Shown here: piece after piece, positions 1 through 8,437 of the stretch
Layout: every line of letters begins with the position of its first letter
Position numbering within the stretch: the stretch's first letter is position 1
The notes under the pieces: generated by a model
Told to the model about the DNA's origin: nothing
Databases searched by the model: none
What the model saw: the letters and a program-made list of their open reading frames with translations, nothing else
DNA from: Nitrospirota bacterium
GTDB lineage: Bacteria; Nitrospirota; UBA9217
NCBI GenBank assembly: GCA_963737155.1
Contig: CAVTRN010000002.1
Span: 224,001 to 288,000, forward strand
DNA length: 64,000 nt
Direction of reading: 5' to 3'
Position numbers and translations under genes: made by a program

Positions 1-1202
1 ATAAACACGTTGATGCTGTACAGGACGACGAGGTACGTGACGGAACCGCCGGTAAGGATCATGGTTGCGAGCGCCGCGCCGCCCATCATCAAGATACCTT
101 TCTGGGTCACCAGACGGTCGCTTAGCATGGCGAATTTGCTCGGGAACCAGCGGTCGAGCGCCATGTTCGCGAGTACCCGCGGTCCGTCAAGAAAACCTGT
201 CTGGGCTGCGATAAAAAGGAGCGCCGCCTCGGACAGGAGCGTAATAAGAACGAAAATGATCCCTGACCGTCCCCAGTTTTTGGTCATGGTTTCGAACAGC
301 ACCGCATTCAGTGTCTTTCCGGACTGGGGAACGACGCGATAGAGCAGGTAGGCCAGCATCAGTCCCATGACGACCAGAGCAAGAGATATGGCCATGTAGT
401 GCATTGTGCGCTTGCCGGTCTGGACCTTCGGTTCACGGAGAATCGGGAGGCCGTTGCTCACCGCCTCGATGCCCGTGTACGTGCCGGCCCCCATGCTGTA
501 GGCGCGCAGAATGAGCAGGGCCATGCCGACGAAACCAAGTTCAGCATGCGTCTGCAACACATCGGCCCTCGTTGCTGCGGCCACAGCGCCAAAGCTTCCA
601 AGATTCGCGAAAATCGCATAACCGATTATGAATGCGTGGGTGATTACGAAGGTGAGAAATATGGGAACTAGGGGAAGAACAGATTCCTTGACCCCGCGCA
701 TGTTCATGACCGTGAGGAGTAGGACGCCAGCGATTGCAAAAGATACCTTGTAGTGGAGCCATGACATCGGGAGAAAACTGAATAGGGCGTCAGCGCCGCT
801 TGCCACGGATATTGTGATTGTGAGAACATAATCGATCAGGAGCGCCGAACCGGAAACCATGCCAGCCGTGGGAGAGAGAAGTTTGCTCGCCACGAGATAA
901 CCACCGCCTCCCGACGGAAAGAGCTCGATGATCTGCGAGTAGCTCGTCGCGATGATGAACACCGTAAGCCCCGACATGAGGGCAACAAAGATACTGAGGT
1001 AGACATGACCATGGAAAGCGTTAAACGCTTCTTCGGGGCCGTAGCAGGATGATGACAGACCGTCGGCGCCCAGTCCTACCCAAGCGAAAAAAGCGATGAG
1101 CGAAAGCTTGTGAAACAGCGAGTCGTCCTCGATATTATGCTTTCCGCCGATGACAAGGGTTTTACAACGTTGCAATAGGGAAGGTTTAAGTGGCTGAACC
1201 AT
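1..1202 (-). CDS. APC-family permease, KimA/YdaO-like putative K+ transporter (3' end runs off the window; not in ORF track)
   Basis: Manual translation from ATG at 1202: MVQPLKPSLLQRCKTLVIGG...LIAFFAWVGLGADGLSSSCYGPEEAF...YPSGGGGY-like motif; hydrophobic helices. Confidence 0.85.
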   Translation of the reverse strand, partial: MVQPLKPSLLQRCKTLVIGGKHNIEDDSLFHKLSLIAFFAWVGLGADGLSSSCYGPEEAFNAFHGHVYLSIFVALMSGLTVFIIATSYSQIIELFPSGGGGYLVASKLLSPTAGMVSGSALLIDYVLTITISVASGADALFSFLPMSWLHYKVSFAIAGVLLLTVMNMRGVKESVLPLVPIFLTFVITHAFIIGYAIFANLGSFGAVAAATRADVLQTHAELGFVGMALLILRAYSMGAGTYTGIEAVSNGLPILREPKVQTGKRTMHYMAISLALVVMGLMLAYLLYRVVPQSGKTLNAVLFETMTKNWGRSGIIFVLITLLSEAALLFIAAQTGFLDGPRVLANMALDRWFPSKFAMLSDRLVTQKGILMMGGAALATMILTGGSVTYLVVLYSINVF

Positions 1203-1258
1203 GAAAAAATACTCCGTTCTTTTCTGCGCCGCGGTTGATGCGGCACTTTATCAATCTG

Positions 1259-1302
1259 CGCCGTAAAACCCCGTAATCTCTTCAGTGCGGGGAGGTTGTC
1301 AA
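1259..1302. repeat. Degenerate IS200/IS605-type terminal hairpin relic
   Basis: GCCGTAAAACCCCG...CGGGGAGGTTGTCA; related GCCGTAAAAACCCC...GTAAGGC at about 46564-46607. Confidence 0.35.
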
Positions 1303-1463
1303 ATGTACCGCAGGCAATAGCAATTATAAAGCAAGGTTAATACCATTAAAAGGTGAAGATCAGTTGCAGATAAAAGTATTGATTCTCCAGAAAAAATTTT
1401 GTTCAACCTTCCTCTTTTTGTTTGAAGAAATAGTGTCTTATCGATGCTTTTTTGTGCATATGC

Positions 1464-1653
1464 TCAAGGAATGTGCAGGGTTGAGCTCTGCCGATAGCTG
1501 ATCTCCGGTTCGTTCATCAAGAATCAAGGTCTTGCTGGGTCTGCCTCTTGTTTATGTCTGAGCTGGGTCATATATACGCGCAGGTACTCAACGTCATGGA
1601 TATGCGCAGGCACGCTGGAGAAGCTGGTCGGGATTAGACCTGTGTTCTTCCAT
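1464..1653 (-). pseudogene. kdpD 5' end joined to kdpE 3' end (deletion scar)
   Basis: MEEHRSNPDQLLQRA (KdpD N-terminus-like), then in a shifted frame HDVEYLRVYMTQLRHKQEADPARP*FLMNEPEISYR (KdpE C-terminus-like, internal stop). Confidence 0.75.
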
Positions 1654-1759
1654 ATACCTGTATGCTTTCAAGAAGGTACGCTGACTATTTTTTAGTTTAT
1701 ATTTTTTCATATTTCGTACGTCCTGTGTAAGTTATTTAATATAAGCTCCTGATGCACTA

Positions 1760-1819
1760 ATGCCCGAGCAGCCGTTTATGATCGCCCATGTGGGATAGTG
1801 CTAGGCTAATATTAGGTAT
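1760..1819 (-). repeat. Short coding relic, copy 1 (copy 2 at about 43694-43755)
   Basis: IPNISLALSHMGDHKRL vs IPIVSLALSHMGDHKRL; the five core substitutions are all synonymous. Confidence 0.6.
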
Positions 1820-1983
1820 TGGGGAAACGCATGGCATGAATCAACGACAGCTATGTTTCATTATGTCGCCATCTGAGCTGCTATCTTTTTGCCATTCTGC
1901 CAAAGTTTTTAGCAGATTGTGCGTCGCGCAGATAAGTTTTCATTCCTGGGAGCATACATCAAGCTCTTGGCGCATATAGTGTC

Positions 1984-2091
1984 GGATATGCCGCTTTGAC
2001 TGGCGAGGTCGGAGACGGTAAGATATTCGTGCATAAGATAGCCAATGCGATACGGATAAGGACCAAGGAAAGCGACATGGCGGCGTTATGA
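1984..2091 (+). pseudogene. C-terminal fragment of a P-II (GlnB/GlnK) protein
   Basis: AALTGEVGDGKIFVHKIANAIRIRTKESDMAAL*; upstream in-frame sequence does not resemble PII. Confidence 0.8.
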
Positions 2092-2238
2092 TCTGCTAAT
2101 TCGACAGTTGAATAAAAACTCCAAACGGAATTATTCATTTTCTTTGTGATCCTGGTTCTCCGAACCTACAACAGTGCAATGTCAATTTGGTGACGCAGGC
2201 GATTAATACAGATGAAACCTGTAGTGGGTAATTAACTA

Positions 2239-3862
2239 GAGTCTGTATTTTAATGCAAAAAACGCATTGCGCGAGTGCGACCGAGGACGCCGTAAGATGT
2301 GGTAATTCCCCCGCATTCGCGTTTATAGCCTCGCCGTTTGAGGTAGTTTCGTAATAACATAGCCATAATGCTAATTTTGAACGCACTGGTGCTATAAGGG
2401 TTGATTGATGATTGAGTTTTCGTTACTGTCGGGCCGTTTGAATCTTGGTGATCAGCAGTCCAGTCATAACCCGAATATTATACGCAATTGCACTCCAGTA
2501 AATTTTCGCGTTGAAGTGTGGTCGTGTCTTCCATTCGCAGCGAAACATATCGAACCCTCTTTTGAAATTCGATATGACAGCCTCGATGCCGCTCCGCCAC
2601 TTCTTAAGACGCGTTTCCAGGTTCAGGCTGCTCGTCAAATTCTTGAGCGATCCAACGATCTTGTTGAATACGATATTGACGACCCCTTTATTTTTCGCCA
2701 GTTGCTGGTTCAAGAGAGACGCATAGCCGCCGTCCGTCGTCATATCGCGCGGCACGATGCCATAGTTTTCCTTGATTCGATCAATCACGCTGCCGTATTC
2801 CTGAGTGTCGCTGGGGTTGCCATCAAGAATCTTGCAGTCGATAATCAGCATGCTCGCACCTGTCGCCAGATTGATCTTATGCCCGAACGTCGCTTCACGT
2901 TTGCCTTTTACGATGATATCGGTATGATCCTCAAAGATCGAAAACAGCTTGTCCTCGTTCGGCACTTTCTCTCCCAGGATCTCGTGGCGATGCGTCATGC
3001 TGTAAACCCTCTCCGCCTTCGGGAGAAGATTCTTGATTTCAGTCGCAAGAGCCAAAGCCGCATCGTCTGCGTACCGAAGCGAAGGCAACACAACAAGCGC
3101 GGCCTCAGCCTGATTAATGCTGGTTCGAAGCAATTTCGACTGTTTTTCAAAGGTTTCTTTGCGCTTCTCGCCCGGCTTCGTGTTGTTGATCTTGCCGAAA
3201 TGCTTCTTGGCCTGCTTCTTGTACCGCCGCCCCGTGATCACTCCACCGGTCTCTTCAGCGAGTTTTACGAGCAGCCGGTCAAAGGTCTTGATGCAGTCCC
3301 ACATCAGCGAATTGTTCGTCGGATAATGGACGTTTGTCTCGATTGCCGTGGAATCGGTTCGCGCCTTGCTGAAATCATCAAGTCCTTCCGCTTGGGCAAT
3401 CTTGTTGATTGCGATCATCACTTGCTCAAGCGTTTCCGCTTTGATCATCGAGATGTACTTCTGCCAGACCGAGAAGGATATGGGGGACCTGCCGTTAAGT
3501 TTGAGAAACAGCACGCAGATGCGAGAATCGTGTTGGGCGTACTCCAACTCCCGATATGTCAGCGTCTTCATCTCCTTATACAACGCGCCGCGCAGAATTT
3601 GCTCGATTGTGGGGGTGTCCTTTCTGCTAAGACTTTTTCCCGTGCTGCCCTTGAAGTCCCGTTTGACAAGCTCGTAAATTTCGGGATGCAACGACAAAAT
3701 CGTGTCGATAACCGCGAATTCCGTGTTGACTGCCCAGTGCGGATTCTCAAGCGTGAGTGTCAATTCGTTCAAAAGCTTCATCGTTTCCCCCTTGCTGATT
3801 TTGTTACGCCACTATACTTTTATCGTGCAGAATCAGCAAGTTAAATGATTAAATACAGACTC
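2239..3862 (-). mobile_element. ISNCY-type (ISDol1-like) insertion sequence, 1624 bp
   Basis: Perfect 15-bp terminal IR GAGTCTGTATTTAAT (2239-2253 / 3848-3862); 6-bp target duplication TAACTA (2233-2238, 3863-3868). Confidence 0.9.
2423..3781 (-). CDS. DDE transposase (ISNCY/IS5-like), 452 aa
   Basis: RTDSTAIETNVHYPT, TDGGY, WRSGIEAVISNFKRGF motifs; bounded by IRs. Confidence 0.9.
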   Translation of the reverse strand: MKLLNELTLTLENPHWAVNTEFAVIDTILSLHPEIYELVKRDFKGSTGKSLSRKDTPTIEQILRGALYKEMKTLTYRELEYAQHDSRICVLFLKLNGRSPISFSVWQKYISMIKAETLEQVMIAINKIAQAEGLDDFSKARTDSTAIETNVHYPTNNSLMWDCIKTFDRLLVKLAEETGGVITGRRYKKQAKKHFGKINNTKPGEKRKETFEKQSKLLRTSINQAEAALVVLPSLRYADDAALALATEIKNLLPKAERVYSMTHRHEILGEKVPNEDKLFSIFEDHTDIIVKGKREATFGHKINLATGASMLIIDCKILDGNPSDTQEYGSVIDRIKENYGIVPRDMTTDGGYASLLNQQLAKNKGVVNIVFNKIVGSLKNLTSSLNLETRLKKWRSGIEAVISNFKRGFDMFRCEWKTRPHFNAKIYWSAIAYNIRVMTGLLITKIQTARQ

Positions 3863-4225
3863 TAACTAGTATTACTACATCGTATCCTGCTTATGGAAAG
3901 CTGGAAGGACAATTAACTAAAAACTACAAACGGAATTCTTCCTTATCCTGGCGATTATGGCTCTCCGAGCTACACCTCCCATGAAGAGGTTTGTCAAGTG
4001 CCGCCCTTGAATTTTATGTTAAATGCTACTATTGCAGTATGTTTTGTGTGAAACCGCATCAGTCTCGCCAAGTGGTCCGGTTATTTAATAAGGGAATCAG
4101 CCATCCTCTCATTCGAGCTCACCCTTCAGGTGTCTGACCTTATTGATGCTGATGGCACGCCCATTCTACAAGCTGATAACTTCAATCAAGCGAAACAATT
4201 ATCTGTTACCAGTCGAAACTTATAC

Positions 4226-4296
4226 CTAAAACGCTCAAGGTGAGCCACGCAGAGCCGCGTCAGCGGGTCGGCGTTGGCTCGACCGCATTGTTGGCC
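4226..4296 (-). other. Integron attC site
   Basis: Minus strand: R'' GGCCAAC, 5 nt, L'' GGT(C)GAGC ... L' GCTCACC, 6 nt, R' GTTTTAG; begins 6 nt after the stop codon. Confidence 0.85.
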
Positions 4297-4792
4297 ATTC
4301 GATTACACGATTTGCTTTCCGGCGTCCGGTCCCACGGACTGGTCGTAAACGGCTTCCACCGTGATTCGGACAACGTACTGGAGTGGCGGCAACTTCATCG
4401 GCGCTTTCTTTATTTCCTCTCTCATTTGTTCGAACAGCAATCCAGACTCCAGGATTTCTGCCGATCCTTTGATCTGGTAGCCTTTGTAAGTCGTCATGTC
4501 CGCGACAGTGACCGCGACTTTGGGATTTGCCCGGAGGTTTTCACGAGTCTTCCGTGAAAACAGATCGGCAAAAATGACATACTCGTCATCAATCACCCGA
4601 ACGGAGCCTTTGGGTGTCGTGTTGGGCATGCCATCGGATGCGGCTGTCGCCACCCACGCCATTTTGCCTTTCAGGAACTCCTGAACTTCTACTGGTATTC
4701 GTGCCATTTTTCTGTCCTTTCTTTGTGTTGTTTTTAGCTACTCGTTTCGGTTTTTCAGTAAATCTCTCGAAGGCATCCTTCTTACTGGCCAA
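4232..4792 (-). mobile_element. Single integron gene cassette (PNPOx-like gene + attC)
   Basis: 5' core GTTGGCC (4793-4787) is the exact complement of the attC R'' GGCCAAC. Confidence 0.8.
4303..4707 (-). CDS. Pyridoxamine 5'-phosphate oxidase-like FMN-binding protein
   Basis: WVATAASDGMPNTTPKGS, KTRENLRANPKVAV, GYQIKG. Confidence 0.85.
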   Translation of the reverse strand: MARIPVEVQEFLKGKMAWVATAASDGMPNTTPKGSVRVIDDEYVIFADLFSRKTRENLRANPKVAVTVADMTTYKGYQIKGSAEILESGLLFEQMREEIKKAPMKLPPLQYVVRITVEAVYDQSVGPDAGKQIV

Positions 4793-4875
4793 CAAGAGAT
4801 TGAGCCATTCTCCTCAATTGTTAAACTCAGATTTTGATTGGCAGCATAAATTATGGAAGCTGTGAGCAGAAGTGA

Positions 4876-4904
4876 AACTTATCAAGAAGTTAAATTTCGC
4901 TCAA
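4876..4904 (-). promoter_or_regulatory. Putative cassette promoter (Pc-like), copy 1
   Basis: TTGAGC-17 bp-TAAGTT with TGn extension; same arrangement at 26812-26840. Confidence 0.55.
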
Positions 4905-5329
4905 CATGTAAAAATTCATACTTGAGGAGTTTCGGCCAATTACGGCCAAACATGTACTTGAGAAAAGTATATAGAATTTTGTTTGAATGATCAATAATAA
5001 TCAACAGCCTGAACGAACCTGCCGCATGGGCAGATTCAAAATGGGATAGCAAATACGAAGTGAAAGATTGGATGTTGTCTAAGCAGTCTTGGGTGTGAAA
5101 TACAGGAAGTACTTGTTGCCAGGAGAATCATGTCATAATATCCATGATTCAAACAGAAGATTTCACCGTCCTAATAATTCTTAACCTCCCACATCCGCCT
5201 ACTGAGATAACAAATCACTCAATATCTGGTGCTATCTCAAAAGTGCTTCCCCGAAACTCTTGCTTTAGTAATGATATAATTGTGATCGATAAGGTATTTC
5301 ACCATTCTGGCACTTTTAAGGAGGGAACT

Positions 5330-5800
5330 ATGGGAGAAGTCATTCACACATCCCGCATAAGGATAGTTCGGGAAAAGGGGCCCACTCGCAAAGCTGTGAT
5401 CGAGGGATTTAACGAACCAATTTATTATGGCGTGCATGGCGGAATCAAGAAATTTTACAAAGTCGAACCCGAGGAAGAGCACGCAGCCACGCTCGACCAT
5501 ATTGTGGCTGCAACAGCAGGCTGAATGATGGGAACACTGGCCGCGGCGCTGGCCGGAAAGAAAATACGAACGTCCGAAGAGCTTTACTCGGCCGATGTTG
5601 AAGGAGACATTGAGAACGTAAATGGCATTCTGAAAATCACGAAGATTAGGGTAAAGTACTATCTCAAAGTACCGGCAGGGAAATCCGCTGAAGCAAGAGC
5701 GGCATTTTCCTCATACATAGTTGGATGTCCGGCGGCGCAAAGTGTCATCGGTTGTATAGATATCAGGGACGATCTTGCAATCGAAGAAATGAAAGAGTAA
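5330..5800 (+). CDS. OsmC-family protein, probable selenoprotein (UGA at 5522-5524)
   Basis: Two track ORFs are contiguous in one frame: LDHIVAATAG-UGA-MMGTL; UGA at the first redox Cys position, second Cys in GCPAAQS; RBS before ATG 5330. Confidence 0.85.
5537..5556 (+). promoter_or_regulatory. Putative bacterial SECIS hairpin
   Basis: CTGGCC-GC-GGC-GC-T-GGCCGG; G-starting apical loop 21 nt after the UGA. Confidence 0.55.
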
Positions 5801-6189
5801 ATGATGGATTGAGCCTTATTTCATTGCGAATGATAATGCCAACGATTTTAAAGGCCAACCTTGCGTCTTGCTCAATGCATAAGCGGTGAGGTTTGCGGGA
5901 AATAATCTCGCGTTTAACGCTCTGATCCAAAAGAGAAGGTTGTATGTAGCATCGGGGAAACCTGGTTTTGATAGTTATTTCCCGCAACCGCATATTCAGG
6001 AAATTGCAACATGCGTTGGTTACAGGATGTAAATTACATCGTTTCAAAAAACGTAAACTCATTTGCTTCAGGAAGTTAATGTTGAGAATAAACCTATCCC
6101 AAAATGCAATGGTTCAAAGTAAAGTTGTGATCCGTTCACATAGCGGCTGTCGGGTCCAACTTTCGCGCAATTATGACCTTCTATTACCT

Positions 6190-6633
6190 CTACACACACA
6201 AGGACCATTCGGCTGTCATAGGATCAGTGGGATGATTGTAATTATCCGGATAGAAACTATCATTCATTATTGCGCAGACAATCCAACCCATGCTGTCCTG
6301 TGTGTTCGTGATTTTGAAGGGGCCGGGACCATATGCTCCGCCGACAAACTGACGATCCTGAGTAAGTACAAGCGTGATCGCAGACCATTTAGGGACCTCA
6401 TTAAAGATCGTATTAGAATCACCGGCAGGCCCCCAATAGGGACGGGATTTCCCAGGCGACCACTGCCCGTGAATGCTGATAGTTCTGCAATTACCGAAAG
6501 AGATTGTACCTAGATACGTTAACCCCATGGGATCCAATATCTTCGTATCAAGAATAATCTTAGGTGATGCGCCCAATAGCTTTGTTATGTCAAGATTGGG
6601 TGCATTAAGCTCAAGCGCTTGTTTCTCGGTCAT
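6190..6633 (-). CDS. Hypothetical protein, possible LecA/PA-IL-like lectin fold
   Basis: GQWS...WGPAG...MNDSFYPDN pattern; RBS GGAGGG. Confidence 0.45.
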   Translation of the reverse strand: MTEKQALELNAPNLDITKLLGASPKIILDTKILDPMGLTYLGTISFGNCRTISIHGQWSPGKSRPYWGPAGDSNTIFNEVPKWSAITLVLTQDRQFVGGAYGPGPFKITNTQDSMGWIVCAIMNDSFYPDNYNHPTDPMTAEWSLCV

Positions 6634-6772
6634 TTATCCCTCCATTTGGTTTGCTGGTTTTCGCTCGCTTCATGAATCTCTTAACTAAAAATAATACCAC
6701 AAACTGCATGATACAAATAGATTATGTGATCACCTGATGAGGCAGTAGTCTGTATTACATGCTTCACATGCG

Positions 6773-6875
6773 ATTCTACACGTCTTCAAAAATTATCTTT
6801 ATATCGTCACCATCTACAAGCTTGCAGAGTTGTTGACTGAAATTCAATGCACAATAACTACTTGAAAGGTATAAT
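6773..6875. repeat. Intergenic repeat family B, copy 1 (copy 2 at 27800-27902)
   Basis: Core CAAGCTTGCA-N4-TGTTGACT-N-AAATTCAATGCA, 30/35 identical (6817-6851 vs 27844-27878). Confidence 0.75.
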
Positions 6876-7145
6876 GTAAAGTTCTTGGCTATGTTGAGTT
6901 AGATTTGCGTTTGCCAAGCAAATATCTGTTTTCTTGTCCTATTATCCTCCTTTCATTCTGGATTACTTAACATAATAATTTCCAGTTGATCGCATTTAAA
7001 TCACCGGAGGAGAGCTACGTAAGAAAAGTCATCGCCGAATAAAACTGATTCTGTGAAACGTCATGAGGAGCAAGAGAGTTCTGCAATCATTCCCTTCGGG
7101 AATATATTAGAAAAGAGGGATACGCATCTGGTGGAATGGCAGAAA

Positions 7146-7285
7146 ACAGCTATGCATCTGCTTCAATCAGGAGTGGATATTACCGTAATTGGAAGCGTGT
7201 GCTTCAGAAATTGTCTCTTCCGCATACCAATGCAGTCCGTTTTAAAACCGCTGACCCGCTCTTGGAGTTTCTGGAGAGTCTGTGA
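7146..7285 (+). pseudogene. Tyrosine recombinase (RitC-like) C-terminal relic
   Basis: TAMHLLQSGVDITVI then KRVLQKLSLPHTNAVRFKTADPLLEFLESL*; catalytic LGH...Y segment deleted. Confidence 0.75.
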
Positions 7286-8437
7286 TTATATGTAGACTCT
7301 CTCTGAACCGTTCCTAAAAACATAGTATTTTATTTCTCATAACTATGACGGCAGCCGAACAGTGCTGCTGCCGGTTAACGTCAGGGATTCCCGCCCTGAT
7401 TCGCCCAAGTCCCGTTGTTTGCTGATCGGGATTGCTTCTGGCGCCTTTTCAGCAAGACTGCTGCTGGCAGGTGGCCCGGAGAATTGCGCTGTCGACGGGA
7501 TGATGGCTTCTTCTGCAATTCAGCGCAGCCTGGGGAGTCCTGTAAGGACCGTCGTTGGTAGAGACTGTGATGATTTCCACAACCTCCCCGAGTCTTCATC
7601 TTGCTCCAAAACTTCCAGATGTGCTCCTCTCGATTCCTTGCAGGTAGAGGGGAGGCGGTTCTGCTTGGTATGGGAGACTCGGAATATCCTTGAACTCTTC
7701 TCGCGATCGCAAGCGCCGCTGCTTCATGCGGCGAGATGCCATGAAAAGACATATAATTGTTTCTGCCGATAACGGATGTGTAAGCAGGATTCACGGAGAG
7801 CACACCGGCGCCTGCCTTAAATGCTCTGCGGTCAAGCATGTTTAAAAAGGTGGAATAGGCGAACCCGGACAGCATCCGCGCATACGTTACTCCCTGTTCC
7901 TTAAGAGATGCTTTCTTCTTTTCGAAGTCAAGAGTTTCATGAGCGACGGGTTTCCCGGTTTTAATTGACCGGTCGATAATGCCGACGCAGATATCACCGT
8001 AAGTTGCCTCGGTCTGTTCCGTGGTTCTGTCTTTTATACATGCAGCATACGTTGTGTGCCAGACAAGATTGACGAACCGGTCAGTCTCGGAAACAGCAAT
8101 CTCTTTTTCGTTTGCATCTACGCCAATATATCCGATTTCTTGCGGTTTCCCGGTAATTGTTTCTCTTGGGGGGATATCAACCGATGAATACAGATACCAA
8201 CCCTTCTCGCCACGGACAAACCGGTGGGTGATTGCCTGGCTGCGCAGGAGTGCCTGCTCAATATATTCCTGCCCGTAAGGATATGTTACGGTAGGCACCA
8301 TGATGTGTTTACCGTATTTTTTGGCAAGATAGACATAATGGTTGACAGTTGAAAAAGTGACCTGCCCCTTGTCACCGTGGGTTATACTTGGATGCAATGG
8401 GTGTCCAAATACAGAGCCACAAACAAGGAGGCAGGTC

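Noticed and set aside
10-762. Short ORFs in the first 800 bp
   Set aside because: Overlap the real minus-strand APC permease
1203-1460. c-di-AMP (ydaO) riboswitch upstream of the KimA-like genes (also 44000-44530)
   Set aside because: Conserved riboswitch motifs not found by eye; an Rfam scan would be decisive
2405-3844. 479-aa plus-strand ORF
   Set aside because: Antisense shadow of the ISNCY transposase; no recognisable motifs
4014-4024. Exact XerD box TTATGTTAAAT
   Set aside because: No XerC-like arm at 6-bp spacing
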